DNA from: Octopus sinensis
Lineage: Eukaryota
Length of the DNA: 64,000 nt
Direction of reading: 5' to 3'
Assembly: GCF_006345805.1 (NCBI RefSeq)
Contig: NC_042998.1
Span: 199,826,001-199,890,000 of the forward strand
Part shown: one piece after another, positions 12,294-27,047 of the stretch
How positions within the stretch are numbered: the first letter of the stretch is position 1
Layout: each line of letters begins with the position of its first letter
The notes under the pieces: generated by a model
Database searches by the model: none
What the model was told of the DNA's origin: nothing
The model's input: only the letters and a program-made list of their open reading frames with translations
Position numbers and translations under genes: made by a program

Positions 12294-12682
12294 ACATACA
12301 TACATAAATCCATATATATATACATACAAACAAATATACTCTGCTGTTGATGTTGAGATTTCAATGAAGGAACCTGGGACCAAGGCTAGAAAGCGGTTCT
12401 TTCTTTATTGGCAAGAAATCTTGAAATAAACTGAATAATGACAAACATCAATAAGAGTTGTCTATTGACTTTATTTCCTGCAATGCGGATGCTGACTAGC
12501 ACCGTCCGTTACTTCAGTGATGACTATGCTTTTTGCCTTTCGGTTGCAAATTGCAAATAGCCACCTTAACAATCTCTAGTTCTCACTTCACCATTCTCAG
12601 TATCTATCACGAGGTGAGTTAATTTTTTTAAAATCCTCAGCGAAACATGTATATATATATATAATATATATATATATTATAT

Positions 12683-12748
<66 letters not shown>

Positions 12749-12883
12749 ATGTAAAAGATTATGTAAAACTGGGACAAGAACGCAAAACGTTTAGAAGACG
12801 ATACATTCATACATACACACATGCATGTTTCGCTGAGGAGTAAAAATTTAACTCATTTTTGATTGATACTGAAAATGGTGAAG

Positions 12884-12944
<61 letters not shown>

Positions 12945-14145
12945 ATGTGTATGTATGTATGTATGTAAATATATATATATATCTGTGTGTGTGAGTCTGT
13001 GTGTAAATATACATATATCTCAGTGTGTATCTATATACATGCATTTATATATGTAGATACACATACATATATGCATGCATGTATTCATGTATTTGGCAAT
13101 GTGCGTATATATATATATATATATATATATAATATGCATACATATGTGCATGTTCAAATAAGCTTGCGATTATTATTGCTGAAGGTACTGAATAACTTTA
13201 TTGAATTTAAGCTGGTAAAGATATTTTACTCTCTAATTATTACCGTATTCTTTCTTCACTTTGTTATTTCAAAAAGAAATATTAGTCATAATACACACAT
13301 ATACACACATATACAAATATTTACATTCATGCACATAGAAATATATATATATGCACGAATATTTAAAAGCATGTAATATACACACACTTTCATACACGTA
13401 CGCTCAATATATGTATGTATATAATTCAATGAAATATATAAAGATATGTATGCATGCATATTTAAGTACATGAAACAGACACACTGTATTTAAGTACATG
13501 AAGCATACACAGATACACACTATATATGTATCTATATAATTCAATCAAACATATGTCTTATGTTAAATTCATTAAAAAATATCACGTATCAAGATTATTT
13601 GTTGAATACATTATGCACCATAAAACTGGTAATTCTCATAACATATTTGCATTTCTTATTGGCAGAGTCCATCATCGTATGTTTGTATAATTCCGTATTT
13701 GTTTTCCTTTCTATTTTCCTCTCATTCTATTTTCATTTTCCAACACGTCGTGATCAATTTAACGCTTTTTCTTGTTAGATATGTTCTTGTTCTTATTGGC
13801 TGATTCAAGTACTGCTACTACTACGTGCTTCTCTTTCTGCATTCGACCCTTCCACTGCAACTACTTCAGTAAATTTTGGTAATTTCTTGCAATGACTATT
13901 TATCAATATCTCTGTTGTTCTGGGCTTTGTTTCTTTGAACATAGTCTGAGTTCAATTTGGTCTAACACACAATGATTGACCAAACAAATTCTGAAAACCT
14001 TTCAGTCCAGTGCTATGCAATTCTCAGCATGTCGCTTAGGACAGTATTATCATACACACGTTAACACCCACCTACAGGCAGATACGCACTAACAAGCGTG
14101 TATCTCTCTTTTTCTCTCTCTCGCTCTCTCTCTCTCTCTCTGTCG

Positions 14146-14210
<65 letters not shown>

Positions 14211-14221
14211 ACACTCATATG

Positions 14222-14890
14222 TATTATCCGAATAGTACAAGTATTATGTATCCATCACGGCTGATCTTACCAATCGGTTTCGCGCTAGGGACAAAACAGA
14301 GTGTGAGGTAACAATCTGATTTTACAACCCTACGCTCATCAGAGACTGCCTGATATGGAATAAAATATAGTGACTGCACCGTATTGTTGAATTTGAAAGG
14401 CTACATCCGGTTTTCGGTTGCTGTGAAAGGATGATGAAACGAACCTGCTGTTGAAGTACGGTTTACATTTCTCCATGATGCCTACATCCTCTATCAAAGT
14501 TATACATACAGTACCACCACACATATCCCACAAGTACACCAAACCGAAAAGGTGAAAACGATTTCCAGAAGCAATTCATGATAGTTCTTACCGACTTACA
14601 GCATATCTAACTCAGTGGCGATGTCTCGGTACCAAGGTACAGAACTCTCGACTAAATCATCTCCTCCGTTCGGTTAATCATTCTTTCACAGCAACCGCAA
14701 ACCAGATGGATTCTTTCACCGCTAACAATAGAGAAAAGTCACCATATATCATTCTATATCGGCTACCTCTGATGAGCGTAGGGTTTTATAATCGGGTTGT
14801 TACCTAACACTCCGTTGTACCCCTAGGGCAAAACCGATTGGCATGATCAGCAGTAATGGGTATACAATAGTGTGCACTTCGGATAATAAA
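14222..14890. mobile_element. Diverged long inverted repeat (arms ~14222-14460 and ~14665-14888) carrying hammerhead motifs
   Basis: tattatccgaa...ccctacgctcatcagag mirrors ctctgatgagcgtaggg...ttcggataata. Confidence 0.75.
14259..14350 (-). ncRNA. Type I hammerhead ribozyme motif
   Basis: Minus strand ggcagtct-CTGATGA-gcgtaggg...ccctagcgc-GAAAC-CGATTG-GTA-agatcagcc; the mirror copy at 14761-14852 has GAAA changed to AAAA. Confidence 0.75.
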
Positions 14891-16198
14891 CCCACTCTAT
14901 TGACAGATATACGAGTGCATCTTTTTCCTGACATATGGACTTTTAGACAACTTACGTACATACATACATACATACATATACATATATATACACATACATA
15001 CACACACACATATATATATATACATACATACATACATACATATATGCATACATACATACATATATATTATGTGTGTGTGTATGTATGTATGTATATAAAT
15101 CTGCATATGTATATATGGTCGTATGCATGTTCTATGTATGCAGATATATATGACTGCATGATTGTACATATGGTTCTATGTATGTATGTATAATCTCTTG
15201 GTACTTCGATATATAATAGGCCGTGGATATTTCAACCTTGTTGTATCCGAAGTTCAGGTGTCTTCCTGTTTAAGAAAGATCTCCTTACTTTTCTGTATGG
15301 TTTGTTGATATCAAAGTCCGACTGAAACAGCAGGACTATAAATAAAAATAAAATAAAAAATTGTCTTTGTAGGCTTTTTTATTTTTCCCTAAACAACTCT
15401 TACGTAGAGACTGCGTGCATCATCAGTTATGAATTCTAGTTAGTAATACTTACTGACATATAGGCCTTGTAGCATAATTTGAAACCAATATTTGCCGACA
15501 TATAGAATTGCGCCGAATGGCTGTGGCATCTGAAGGACAGATATATGTCTATCTTCAGATTTGGCACGTACCTCTTATTTAAAGAAGCGGGACTAGAATC
15601 ATATCCTTGTCTACCGTGTATGGCTAAAGAAATTGTATGATGGACGAGACTGTAAGGTTGGATTACAGTCATCTTCGGTCAATAGCTTATGGACTTTTCA
15701 AGACTTGGAAAAGAACGAAGTGTTGCAGTGGAAGTGCTCTCTCCAAAGGAATTTTTCAAAAGTTGAGTAACTATAGTAATATCGCTCAAGATAAATTGTG
15801 CGACTCTAAGCATGAGCCTCTGCACTAGAGAACAACTGTTGGTCGAAGGTTGTGGCCTCGATGTTTAGTGTGATTTAGAAGTTATGAATTCCCTCCATTA
15901 GCCCTCGTTGGTATCATATATTTATGAGGAGGTCTGCTTCATGCATGTGCTCGAATATTTAGCATACTATGTATATGTTTATCTCATGTGTATTTCTACT
16001 TCATCATGTACACCTATAAGCAAATTGCAAACTCGTGTAACGACCATTCAACATGTCTCATTGGCGAGTATCAGAAATTCTCTTCAATATTATCGTCGCC
16101 GTCCTCCTCCCCGTCCTCCGCTTCCTCCGCCTCCTCCTCCTCACCACCATGACAACCACCACCACTTCACCACCTCCTCCACCACCACTACCACCACC

Positions 16199-16386
16199 AA
16201 GAGAATATTCGCGAACTGATCAGTAACATGCCTAATAGGGTCCTTGCAGGAAAACATGCAAAGGGTGTGTCTGCTAAATATTGAATATTCACATTATAAC
16301 AATAAATAATTTGAATGTATAATTTTAGATTTAATTAAATTTTAATGGTTATAAGGGTGTCGATTTACTTCTGTCATGTTTGTGTA
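16199..16386 (+). mobile_element. Tc1-family 3' end with right TIR
   Basis: Aligns with 39590-39775 (caagagaat..gatcagtaacatgcctaa..tttacttctgtcatg); ends in gtgTA. Confidence 0.7.
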
Positions 16387-16678
16387 TATACCCATTTTTA
16401 AATGAGTATGTTTTCCACAAATTAAATGGACACACTTGTTTCAAATGTGTGTGTTCATTTACTTATTTTAGTAAATTATAAGTTTATGTATATACTTTCA
16501 AATTTCTAAATGCTACCTTTTGAATTTGTTGTACTCTATATATGTGATGTTGCAAAATAACTCATCGTCGTCTTCGCCGCTGATGTCTTCCTCGTCGTCG
16601 TCGTCATCACAATCACCATCATGCACTATTATTGTTATTATTGTTATTATTATTATTATTATTATTACTACTACTATT

Positions 16679-17283
16679 GAGTGAGAGAGCAGTTCATGCC
16701 ATCAAAGTGACACAGGGGTAAAATATGCGAAACCCAGTATACCCATCATGACTACCCGTCTGATAAGGGTACACCAGGCACATGCATCAAAGCCATATGT
16801 GCGCTACACAGTGGTCTCATATCAAGATAAACAGCACATTAACTTGCTGGTGGGGCCCAGTTAGAATTTTCTTCTGATCGAGTAACCCATCCAGCTCAAA
16901 AGGTCCCTGGATAAGGGTTGTTTAAGGATGTTGAACAGAACACTCATATTTCCAGGGGTGAATTATTCAAACCCCAAAGAATCCCTCTCAACACATGGCT
17001 GTGATGCTCCCCCACTACTTCTGCTCGTGATCAGAGATGCACATATCGTCAGTCACTAAGGGAAATGCTCAACTGGTTAAGGTCAAACAACTGACAAGCA
17101 AATCTGTGGTATTGGGCAGAATATTTGCTGTAGCCCATCTTTTATACCAAGACAAAACAATGTACATGATAACACTTCCAATCAGTTAAGATCAGAAGCC
17201 ATGATAGCCACTGCCTGTTACTGCATTAGGGCATTTGTTGTTGTTGTTGTTGTTGTTGTTGTTATTATTATTATTATTGTTAC

Positions 17284-17318
<35 letters not shown>

Positions 17319-17325
17319 TATTATT

Positions 17326-17370
<45 letters not shown>

Positions 17371-17424
17371 GTTGTTGTTATTATTTTATTGTTATTATTA
17401 TTATTATTGTTGTTATTGTTATTA

Positions 17425-17462
<38 letters not shown>

Positions 17463-18045
17463 TATTATTATATTATTATTACTACTACTATTGAGTGAGA
17501 GAGCAGTTCATGCCATCAAAGTGACACAGGGGTAAAATATACGAAACCCAGTATACCCATCATGACTACCCGTCTGATAAGGGTACACCAGGCACATGCA
17601 TCAAAGCCATATGTGCGCTACACAGTGGTCTCATATCAAATAAACAGCACATTAACTTGCTGGTGGGGCCCAGTTAGAATTTTCTCTGATCGAGTACCCA
17701 TCCAGCTCAAAAGGTCCCTGGATAAGGGTTGTTTAAGGATGTTGAACGGAACACTCATATTTCCAGGGGTGAATTATTCAAACCCCAAAGAATCCCTCTC
17801 AACACATGGCTGTGATGCTCCCCCACTACTTCTGCTCGTGATCAGAGATGCACATATCGTCAGTCACTAAGGGAAATTCTCACTGGTTAAGGTCAAACAA
17901 CTGACAAGCAAATCTGTGGTATTGGGCAGAATATTTGCTGTAGCCCATCTTTTATACCAAGACAAAACAATGTACATGATAACACTTCCAATCAGTTAAG
18001 ATCAGAAGCCATGATAGCCACTGCCTGTTACTGCATTAGGGCATT
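16679..18045 (-). mobile_element. Two tandem near-identical copies (16679-17235, 17492-18045) of a ~555-bp (AAT)n-associated non-coding element
   Basis: gagtgagagagcagttcatgccatcaaag...ctgcattagggcattt repeated together with its flanking GTT/ATT tract. Confidence 0.9.
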
Positions 18046-18084
18046 TGTTGTTGTTGTTGTTGTTATTATTATTATTATTGTTAC

Positions 18085-18122
<38 letters not shown>

Positions 18123-18132
18123 TATTATTATT

Positions 18133-18177
<45 letters not shown>

Positions 18178-18223
18178 GTTGTTGTTATTATTATTATTGT
18201 TATTATTATTATTATTGTTGTTA

Positions 18224-18278
<55 letters not shown>

Positions 18279-18289
18279 TATTATTATTA

Positions 18290-18707
<418 letters not shown>

Positions 18708-19019
18708 ATTATTATTATTATCATTACTATTATTATTATGAATGCTATTATTACTGAACTTAATACGTTTTTATGCGTGTTGTAATATTTTGCTTGGTTT
18801 TTCACGTTGCTTATATCGTAATCAGAGCCAGCATTCCCATATGTCTCTGAGTGTTATCTGCTATGATGAAGCTGATGGCGTGTATAAAGATGATGATGAT
18901 AGCGATGATAATGCATTTTAGTAGCATTTGCTTCCTATGGTTTTAATATTATTATAATTATTTTTCACAGGGTGCACGAATATTTTACATTTGGCATCAA
19001 TGTGCTTGATACGGGTTCA

Positions 19020-19367
19020 AAACCAGTATCCTTAGCAATTAAAGACATTTCTTACAATCCTTGTCATATTCAAACGGGGCAGATTTCTGAATTAATGTAA
19101 CTCTTGTAGTTACACTAATATTAATACGGGTGTTGTTACGTCTGTTGGAGACAGTACCTAGGGTACCTCTAACAAATGGATTTAGACTTGGAGATACCCC
19201 CCGCAATCGTCGTATTACCCGAGCCAAAACCAGGTATTATTCTATTTTCTCCTGATCTCCGATCGCTACTTTCATGTCTGCAGATATAGACGCATGTATG
19301 GTGATGCACACTTTTACTCCTTGTCTAGAACCATATTATCTCGACGCCTGGTATGTATTTCGCGACC
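19020..19367 (-). mobile_element. Old R4/Dong-clade endonuclease fragment
   Basis: Minus strand VCITIHASISADMKVAIGDQEKIE*YLVLARVIRRL..PFVRGTLGTV..LIQKSA. Confidence 0.65.
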
Positions 19368-19394
19368 ACTATGATAATAATAGTAATAATAATA

Positions 19395-19451
<57 letters not shown>

Positions 19452-19452
19452 T

Positions 19453-19673
19453 AGAAGTGGCTGTGTGGTAAGTAGCTTGCTAACGAACGACATGGTTCCA
19501 GATTCAGTCCACTGCGTGGCACCTTGAGCAAATGTCTTCTAATACAGTCTCGTGCCGACCAAAGCCTTGTGAGTTGATTTGGTTGACGGACACTGAAAGA
19601 AGCCCGTCGTATATATTTATATGTATATGTTTGTGTGTCTGTGTTTGTCCCCCCCAACATCGCTTGACAAACG
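19453..19673 (+). mobile_element. tRNA-SINE family A, 5' part
   Basis: gtggctgtgtggtaagtagcttgct..ctgaaagaagcccgtcg matches the 11628 copy. Confidence 0.85.
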
Positions 19674-20406
19674 ACTATTATTATTATTATTATTATTGTT
19701 ATTGTTGTTGTTGTTGTTGTTGTTGCCCTCGTTGTCATCGTCGTTGTTATTTTTCATACTCCGTGACCTGCATGTCTCTCTCTTGTTTTAGTTTTTGAAG
19801 TCGCTCTTGGCAGTATTTTTGTAGCGCAGACGTGATAATTACTGATATGTATCTACAGCTCTAGCTATTGACTTGAACTATCACCAAATCGAAACTGTCT
19901 TTGATCGTAGCAGGAACAATAAAATTCGGTTAGTTCAATCTATTATATTCACCCCAGTCGAGTATTAAGGTGCTTGCATTCAACTAAACTCTCTGCTAAG
20001 TAACTAGTTTTTTTTTAGTTTTCTTTAGAGGCTATCATTATTATCATTATTATCATCATTATCTTATTCTTTCGGTTGTTTTTCCATTTCTTGACGACAC
20101 ACGGGACAGAGAAACTGAATGCATGTATTGGTAAGCCATTAGAATAACGACAACAGATTGCTCACTTACAAAGCCATGTTATTGAAAAAAGGGGGAGAAA
20201 GACGGAGAGATAAAGGAAAATAGATAAAAGAAAAAAATAAACGATGTGGCATCTCAAACAGGTTAAAGTACCAGTGATTGTAGGAGCACTTGGAAGAATC
20301 TTATACAGCCAATGCTTTCATCAAGTACTGTGATCGACTATTCCCCTCCCCACAAATTCCAGGCCTTGTGCCTATAGTAGAAATAATAATAATAATAATG
20401 ATGATG

Positions 20407-20466
<60 letters not shown>

Positions 20467-20467
<1 letters not shown>

Positions 20468-21003
20468 AGGCAGTGGCTCTCATGGCTTCTGATCTTAACT
20501 GATTGGAAGTGTTATCATGTACATTGTCTTGTCTTGGTATAAAAGATGGCTACAGCAAATATTCTGCTCAATACCACAGATTTGCTTGTCAGTTGTTTGA
20601 CCTTAACCAGTTGAGCATGTTCCTTAGTGGCTGAAGATATGTGCATCTCTGATCACGAGCAGAAGTAGTGGGGGAGCATCATAGCCATGTTTGAGAGGGA
20701 TTGTTTGGGGTTTGAATAATTCACCTCTGGAAACATGGGTGGTTCTTTCAACATCCTTGAACAACCCTTATTCAGGGACCTTTTGAGCGGGATGTGCTAC
20801 TCAACCTGAAGAAAATTCTAACTGGGCCCCACCTGCAAGGTCATGCGCTGTTCATCTTGATATGAGATCACCATGTCGCGCACATATGGTTGTGATGCAT
20901 GTGTCTGGTGTACCCTTATCAGACGGGTAGTCATGATGGGTATATTGGGCTTCGTATATTTTACCCCAGTGTCACTTTGATGGCATGAACTGCTCTCTTA
21001 CTC

Positions 21004-21004
<1 letters not shown>
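20467..21004 (+). mobile_element. ~555-bp (AAT)n-tailed non-coding element
   Basis: Reverse complement of 16679-17235; ends ctgctctcttactc(AAT)n. Confidence 0.9.
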
Positions 21005-21062
<58 letters not shown>

Positions 21063-21063
<1 letters not shown>

Positions 21064-21511
21064 TGAGTGAGAGAGCAGGGATGCCATCAAAGAGACACTA
21101 GGGTAAATTATACGAAGTCCAGTATACCCATCATGACTACCCGCGTGATAAGGGTACAACAAGTACATGCATCAAAACCAGATATGCACTAAATGGTGAC
21201 CTCGTATCAAGATTAACAGCGCATTATCTTGGAGGTGGTCCTAGTTGGAATCTTTTCCATGTCGAGTAGCTCATCCCGCTTAAAAGGTCCCTGAATAATG
21301 GTTGTTTAAGGGTGTTGAACGAAATATGTTTCCAAACGTTGATTATCCACACCCCAAAGAATTCTTCTTAACACATCGCTATGATGCTCCTCCGCTACTT
21401 ATGCTCTTGATCAGAGATGCACATACCGTCAGTCACTAAGGGAAATGTTCAATTGGAAAAGGTCAAACAACTGACAAGCAAATATGTGGTACTGGGCAGA
21501 ATGTTTGCTGT
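21063..21511 (-). mobile_element. Older copy of the ~555-bp element, tail-to-tail with 20467-21004
   Basis: ttgagtgagagagcagggatgccatcaaag...ggcagaatgtttgctgta. Confidence 0.85.
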
Positions 21512-21725
21512 ATTATTATTATTTTCATTATCATCTTCTTTCAGTTGGTTCCAGTTCTTGCCCAGTGTCTTCGTGACACCTAGGGCAGAGAATCGCACTG
21601 TAGACATTGGTAGGCCATTAGGATAAACACACCAGATTGTTCATTTACAAAGTCATGTCGTAGAGAAAAAGGGAATGAGAGATGCAGAAAAAGGGAAAAA
21701 AATAAAAAAGCAAACAGAAAATAAA

Positions 21726-21812
<87 letters not shown>

Positions 21813-22049
21813 TATAATAATAATAATAATAATTATTATTATTATTATTATATTATTATTATATTATTATTATATAATTATTCTTATATTATATTATTAT
21901 TATGTTATTATTATATAACAATTATATAATAATAATAATATAATAATAATAATAATAATAATAAATAATAATAATAATAATAATATAATTATTATTATTG
22001 TTATTATTATTATTATTTCTATTATTATTTTTATTGCTATTATTATTTT

Positions 22050-24072
22050 TTTTTCTTCCTTCAAATTTGCTTCCATTTCAGGCCGAGTGTCTTCCCGACT
22101 CCTAGGGCAAAGAAACTCATAGTATATATTGGTAGGCCATTAAACCAAACTCAAAAGGTCGTTCGTTTTTTTTAATTTTTTTTTAAAGTTAAATTAAAAT
22201 ACATGAGCAGCAACAGTTCTCACATCGATAATGCTCTTCTCAATACGTGTGATGTACCAGTTAAGACAATTTTTTGCACTTCTTGCAGGGATGGTAAGCC
22301 AGGGATCATTCTCATATAATTTTCGGTTCCCTTCTTGATCATTCCTAGTGCTCCTACGATCACTGGTATTGTAACCGCCTTGAGATGCCACATTTTCTCA
22401 ATTTCAATGAGTAGGTCTTTATATTTTCAGAGCTTGCCAAACTCTTTCGCTGAGATATTATGATCACAGGGGTTGCTCATGTCGATCAATAAGCATACTT
22501 TATTGTTTTGGTCTTTCACAACAATATCTGGTTTATTGGCCTTGATGGTTCGGTCTGTATGTACTGGAAAGTCCCACAGAATGGTTACATTTTCTCCTTC
22601 AGTTACAGCCTCAGGGTGGTGATTATACCACTTGTCGGCAGTTTTGATATTGTAATGCCGACTTATTAGCCAGTGGAGATATTGGCCAACTCTGCCATGT
22701 CTTAATTTATACTCCACTGGTGCTAAGACTTTACATCCAGAGATTAGGTGGTCCACTGTTTCAATCATGTCGTTGCAGAATCGGCATTTTGGGTCTGCTC
22801 CATTTTTCATCACATTGGCCTGGTAGTTCCGGGTTAATAGGCTTTGATCTTGAGCAGCCAGGATGAAACCTTCGCTCTCTGCTTTTAGCCCTGAGCTCCG
22901 TAGCCACTGATGGGTTTGCTTCTGGTCAACATCAGCTTGTTTGCTGCGGGTCATATATTGCCGTGCAGAGGTTTCTCCTCCCACCTATCAGCCAATTGCT
23001 CGTGCGCTTTTTTTCATTGCCATCATTTTCACCTTCTTTGCAACAATAGTTGCCGTAATTCCCTCGGGTTATTCAGTTTGGGTATCCTGCACGAGATCAA
23101 TAGCAAATTTTTTGCTTTCCTTTATGATAGAATGAAGCTTCTTTCGTCTCTCGTGATTTTCCACGAGCTTCAGCATCCAGTCATTCGATATTTTGAGATA
23201 TTTGGCCAGTCCAATTGTGGTTGTTTTGTAAGCTAGTTCAAATTGGATCAGGCCTCGACCTCCTTGGGCTCTGGGAAGGTAAAGCCGATCTACGTCAGCA
23301 GCTTGCGTATTTTCCTATCTATATTCTTTATTTAACTCATATTCCAGTTCAACACATTGTAGCTATAAGTAACAACTGGAACTGCTAAGGAATTTATAGC
23401 TAACACCTTGTTACGTGCCTTTATTTCAGATTTCAGGACTGCACGAACTCTTCTATAACATTCCTTCCTGATCTTCTCTTTCATGCTTGCATGCTGAATA
23501 CCAGAGCCTTCATTTATCCCTAAATATTTGTATGTTTTTTCTTGCTCAAGCTCTCTTATGACTGTGTCAACATCTAACACGACTGAATGTGTGGTCTTCA
23601 CTTCCCTTTCTGAAAGTGGCCTTGGCACACTTCTCAAGTCCAAACTCCATCCCGATGTCATCGCTGAATGCTTTCACGGTGCGCAATAGGCCTTCAAGTT
23701 CATTATTGTCTTTACCATAAAATTTTAAGTCATCCATATAAAATAGATGGCTTATTTTTTTATTGGCAATTTTATACCCATACCCTGTTCTGTTTAATTC
23801 ACTGTAAGGGGTATTAGGGCTATGCAGAATATTAAAGGTGAAAGTGAGTCACCTTGAAAATTCCACAGTTGATGTTTATATTTCTGAGGCAAGTACTCCA
23901 TTAGAGTGGTATAATGGGAGATTCGTATTCCACAACGACATATTGTGCTTCAAAGTTGAAATCACAGGGGAAATTTTGAAGATGTCCAGCGATCTCAAGA
24001 TCCATGGATGCGGTATACTGTCGAAGGCCTTTTATAGTCAATCCATGCGGTGCTGAGATTTCTGCGCTTGAT
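22050..24072 (-). mobile_element. R4/Dong-clade non-LTR retrotransposon, 5'-truncated ~2 kb pseudogene (RT, CCHC knuckle, REL endonuclease)
   Basis: Minus strand WIDYKKAFDSIPH, HLFYMDDLK, YKYLGI, AAQDQSL, CRFC..ETVDHLISGC, NKPDIVV..LIDMS; frameshifted; (AAT/ATT)n on both sides. Confidence 0.92.
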
Positions 24073-24100
24073 GTTATTATTATTATTATTATTATAATTA

Positions 24101-24139
<39 letters not shown>

Positions 24140-24154
24140 CATCATATTATATTA

Positions 24155-24215
<61 letters not shown>

Positions 24216-24234
24216 TCTATTATTATTATTATTG

Positions 24235-24275
<41 letters not shown>

Positions 24276-24295
24276 TCTATTATTATTTTTATTGC

Positions 24296-24330
<35 letters not shown>

Positions 24331-24641
24331 GAAGGACGAGAAAGTCACCTGTCCCAGACGGAAGGGCACCCGTGATTTTACTTTGTTTTTTTTTTTTCCA
24401 TGAGGAACTTTCGAACTTCTCTCTGCTGCGGATTACACTTGCTTATGATTCTTTTTTTTTTTTCGTTAAACCTGTTTACACACGAAAGTCTCACAACGCA
24501 CACGCAGACATATAGACGCACACGTATTCAGTGTTTTTTTTCCTGTTCCATCCATAATGGTTTTCTTGATGTAAACCGTTTGTGTTCAATAATGAAATTA
24601 TTATTATTATTAGTATTACTATTATTATTATTATTATTGTT

Positions 24642-24678
<37 letters not shown>

Positions 24679-24709
24679 CCACCACCACCAACACCATCAT
24701 CACCATCAC

Positions 24710-24763
<54 letters not shown>

Positions 24764-25343
24764 TACCATCATCATTATATAATACCATAGTTGGATAATA
24801 CCCTATACATCCAATAAAAAAATGTATTTCCTTTGCTTTCCTTGACTAATTCCGTGTATCATAATATAGCCGATTTCCAGTAAACATGCCGGTGCAATTT
24901 ATAAGTAATCATTAGAAGGAAAGTAAAAAAAAGAAAAGAAATTAAAAAAGAGAGCAAAATAAAAAACGAAGCAATATAACAATCTCTAAAAATCTATGGT
25001 ATATATTTATGTATATTCATGAAAATATTCTCGTAACAAAAATGGTTTATTTCGAAATATTGGTCTTCATCTAGTGGTTTAGTACTGCTCGTCTAGCTTT
25101 ATTATAGGTTTAAATCTAGATTGACTAATATAGAAATTATTGCTGTCACAAGAGATCAATCCTGTTTTTGATTGAACTTCGAAGAGGTGGAGTAATCACG
25201 GCCTTTATAGGCTTTCTACATCAATAAGATTTACGTCATTGATGTTCTTCTTCCATCTTTGTAAGACAGGAGAAGTGAGAGCACAGAAACAGAGATCGAA
25301 TTCCAGAAGGCCGAAATTTTAGGAAGGAAAGACTGGATGTAAC

Positions 25344-25814
25344 GTTAGTTAGTTAGTTAGTTAGTTAGTTAATTTGGCTCAAAAGCAAAAAGCAAGGCCA
25401 TGTAGGGGGACATGGAGTTAAGTACAGGGTGGTGTTCATGTAAAGAGTTCAGGCCACTTGAGGTCCAGGGAGGCTTTGAACAAAGCGGTCGTCGGCATCT
25501 TCACCATCTCGTCCGGCAGCTTGTTCCACGGATCCGCAACCCGGACAGAGAAAGCTCCTCTCCTTCGATTGAGATGAAATCGTCGCAGGTAGAGCTTTTC
25601 GGAATGACCCCGCAGCCGACGCTCTGGAGCAGGAGTGAAGAACAGCTCTTTCGAGAGGTTACACTTTCCGCTTATGATGTTGTGGGCGAGAATGAGATCA
25701 CCACGGCGGCGGCGTTTTTCAAGAGAATAAAGGTCGAGCGTCCTCAACCTTTCTTCGTAGGACAAATTTTTGAGACCATGAACCATGCGGGTAGCCAGCT
25801 TCTGGACTCTTTCG
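25344..25814 (-). mobile_element. CR1-clade LINE 3' end with (CTAA)n tail
   Basis: ORF 25436-25786 has LSYEERLRTLDLYSLEKRRRRGDLI..LRGHSEKL..FSVRVADPWNKLP..FKASLD; (gtta)n at 25344-25371. Confidence 0.9.
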
Positions 25815-25816
25815 TG

Positions 25817-26679
25817 TGTAACAGGATGAGAGATCCCCGCACTGGAAGGGTGCAGCTTGCATCCTTCACATTAAATATTAATCGAAGGAAAGAGTCTAGA
25901 CTTCCGATTAACTTCCACAGTACAAATTTTTATTTCTTGATTCGCAATATATACATTCTTCTTTCTGGGCGAATCGGCAGCCTAGGACCTTATCGCAGTA
26001 GTCAAGTGGAGTGAGCCAACTCCTGTCCGTTCAAGTATAGCGGAGATACGCCACGAAGTAGCAACTCTCCCAAGCTGCTAAAACACGACTGTCCTGTTCA
26101 GCTGCCGGCGTTCGAGAGAACGATACGAGGGAAATTTCTCTGCCGCTAGTTTTCTGCGCATGAGTATGAGGGAACTTCCGGCAGGCCTCCCTGAAGAATC
26201 CAACTCTGCGCATGCGTGCTGGATATTTCCAAGATCGCGTCACTACACGTGTATAATCCTGAGTACTTGAACACAATCATGATGATGGAGGTAAGTGTGA
26301 AAAAGGTGCCTGAGTATACGCGTGAGGAACCCAGCAATGCCGAGGAGTAAAGTCCATTAGTATACAGACTGAACGGGCAGAGTAAGGAAACAGCATGGCT
26401 GTGAACCGTAAACTGGAGAATCTCTGTAACTGTGCCAATCAGTAGAATAGTTCTTTCCAGGATACGGCCTAATATATCTGTGTATCCTTGATACGGCCTA
26501 GGATGTCTAGCAGAAGCAAAATCTCAGATGTGAGAATAAGATTCGAATGTGGGTTTCATCCGACTTTCGTTGAGAATCAATAATTGTTGGGAGCTGAAGT
26601 ATCTTCCGGTGTCGAAGAGAATAACCATTTGTTGAGATGCATCCTAGCTATGTTTCGTTTGGCTTCGTCCTAGATGACA
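25817..26679 (-). mobile_element. Probable solo LTR
   Basis: GC-richer non-coding block bounded by tgtaaca...tgaca (TG..CA); minus-strand AATAAA about 110 bp from the end; only a partial TSD (gtg / gtgtg). Confidence 0.4.
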
Positions 26680-26968
26680 GTGTGAGCTAAGAGTGCGCTT
26701 GTGTTTTCTAGCTGGGTGCCTCTTAAGATTAAGGAACTGAGTGGCAACAATGTTTCCTTAATATGGGCTTTATTGCAGTTCGATGAGATAAAAGGGAAAA
26801 ATCGCTATTCGACGATGCTTTGAAGATTTTGTCTTGAGAATCAATGTATGTTAGTCGGGATTTGAACTCACGGTCAAAAGTAGGAAGAAATGATGTCAAA
26901 CATTTTGTCCAACGCGCTAAAGAATCTGCCAGCTTGCCTCTTTCACAACAACAACAACAACAACAACA

Positions 26969-27047
<79 letters not shown>

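Noticed and set aside
25412-26014. 200-aa plus-strand ORF
   Set aside because: It is antisense to the CR1 fragment and runs into the adjacent repeat
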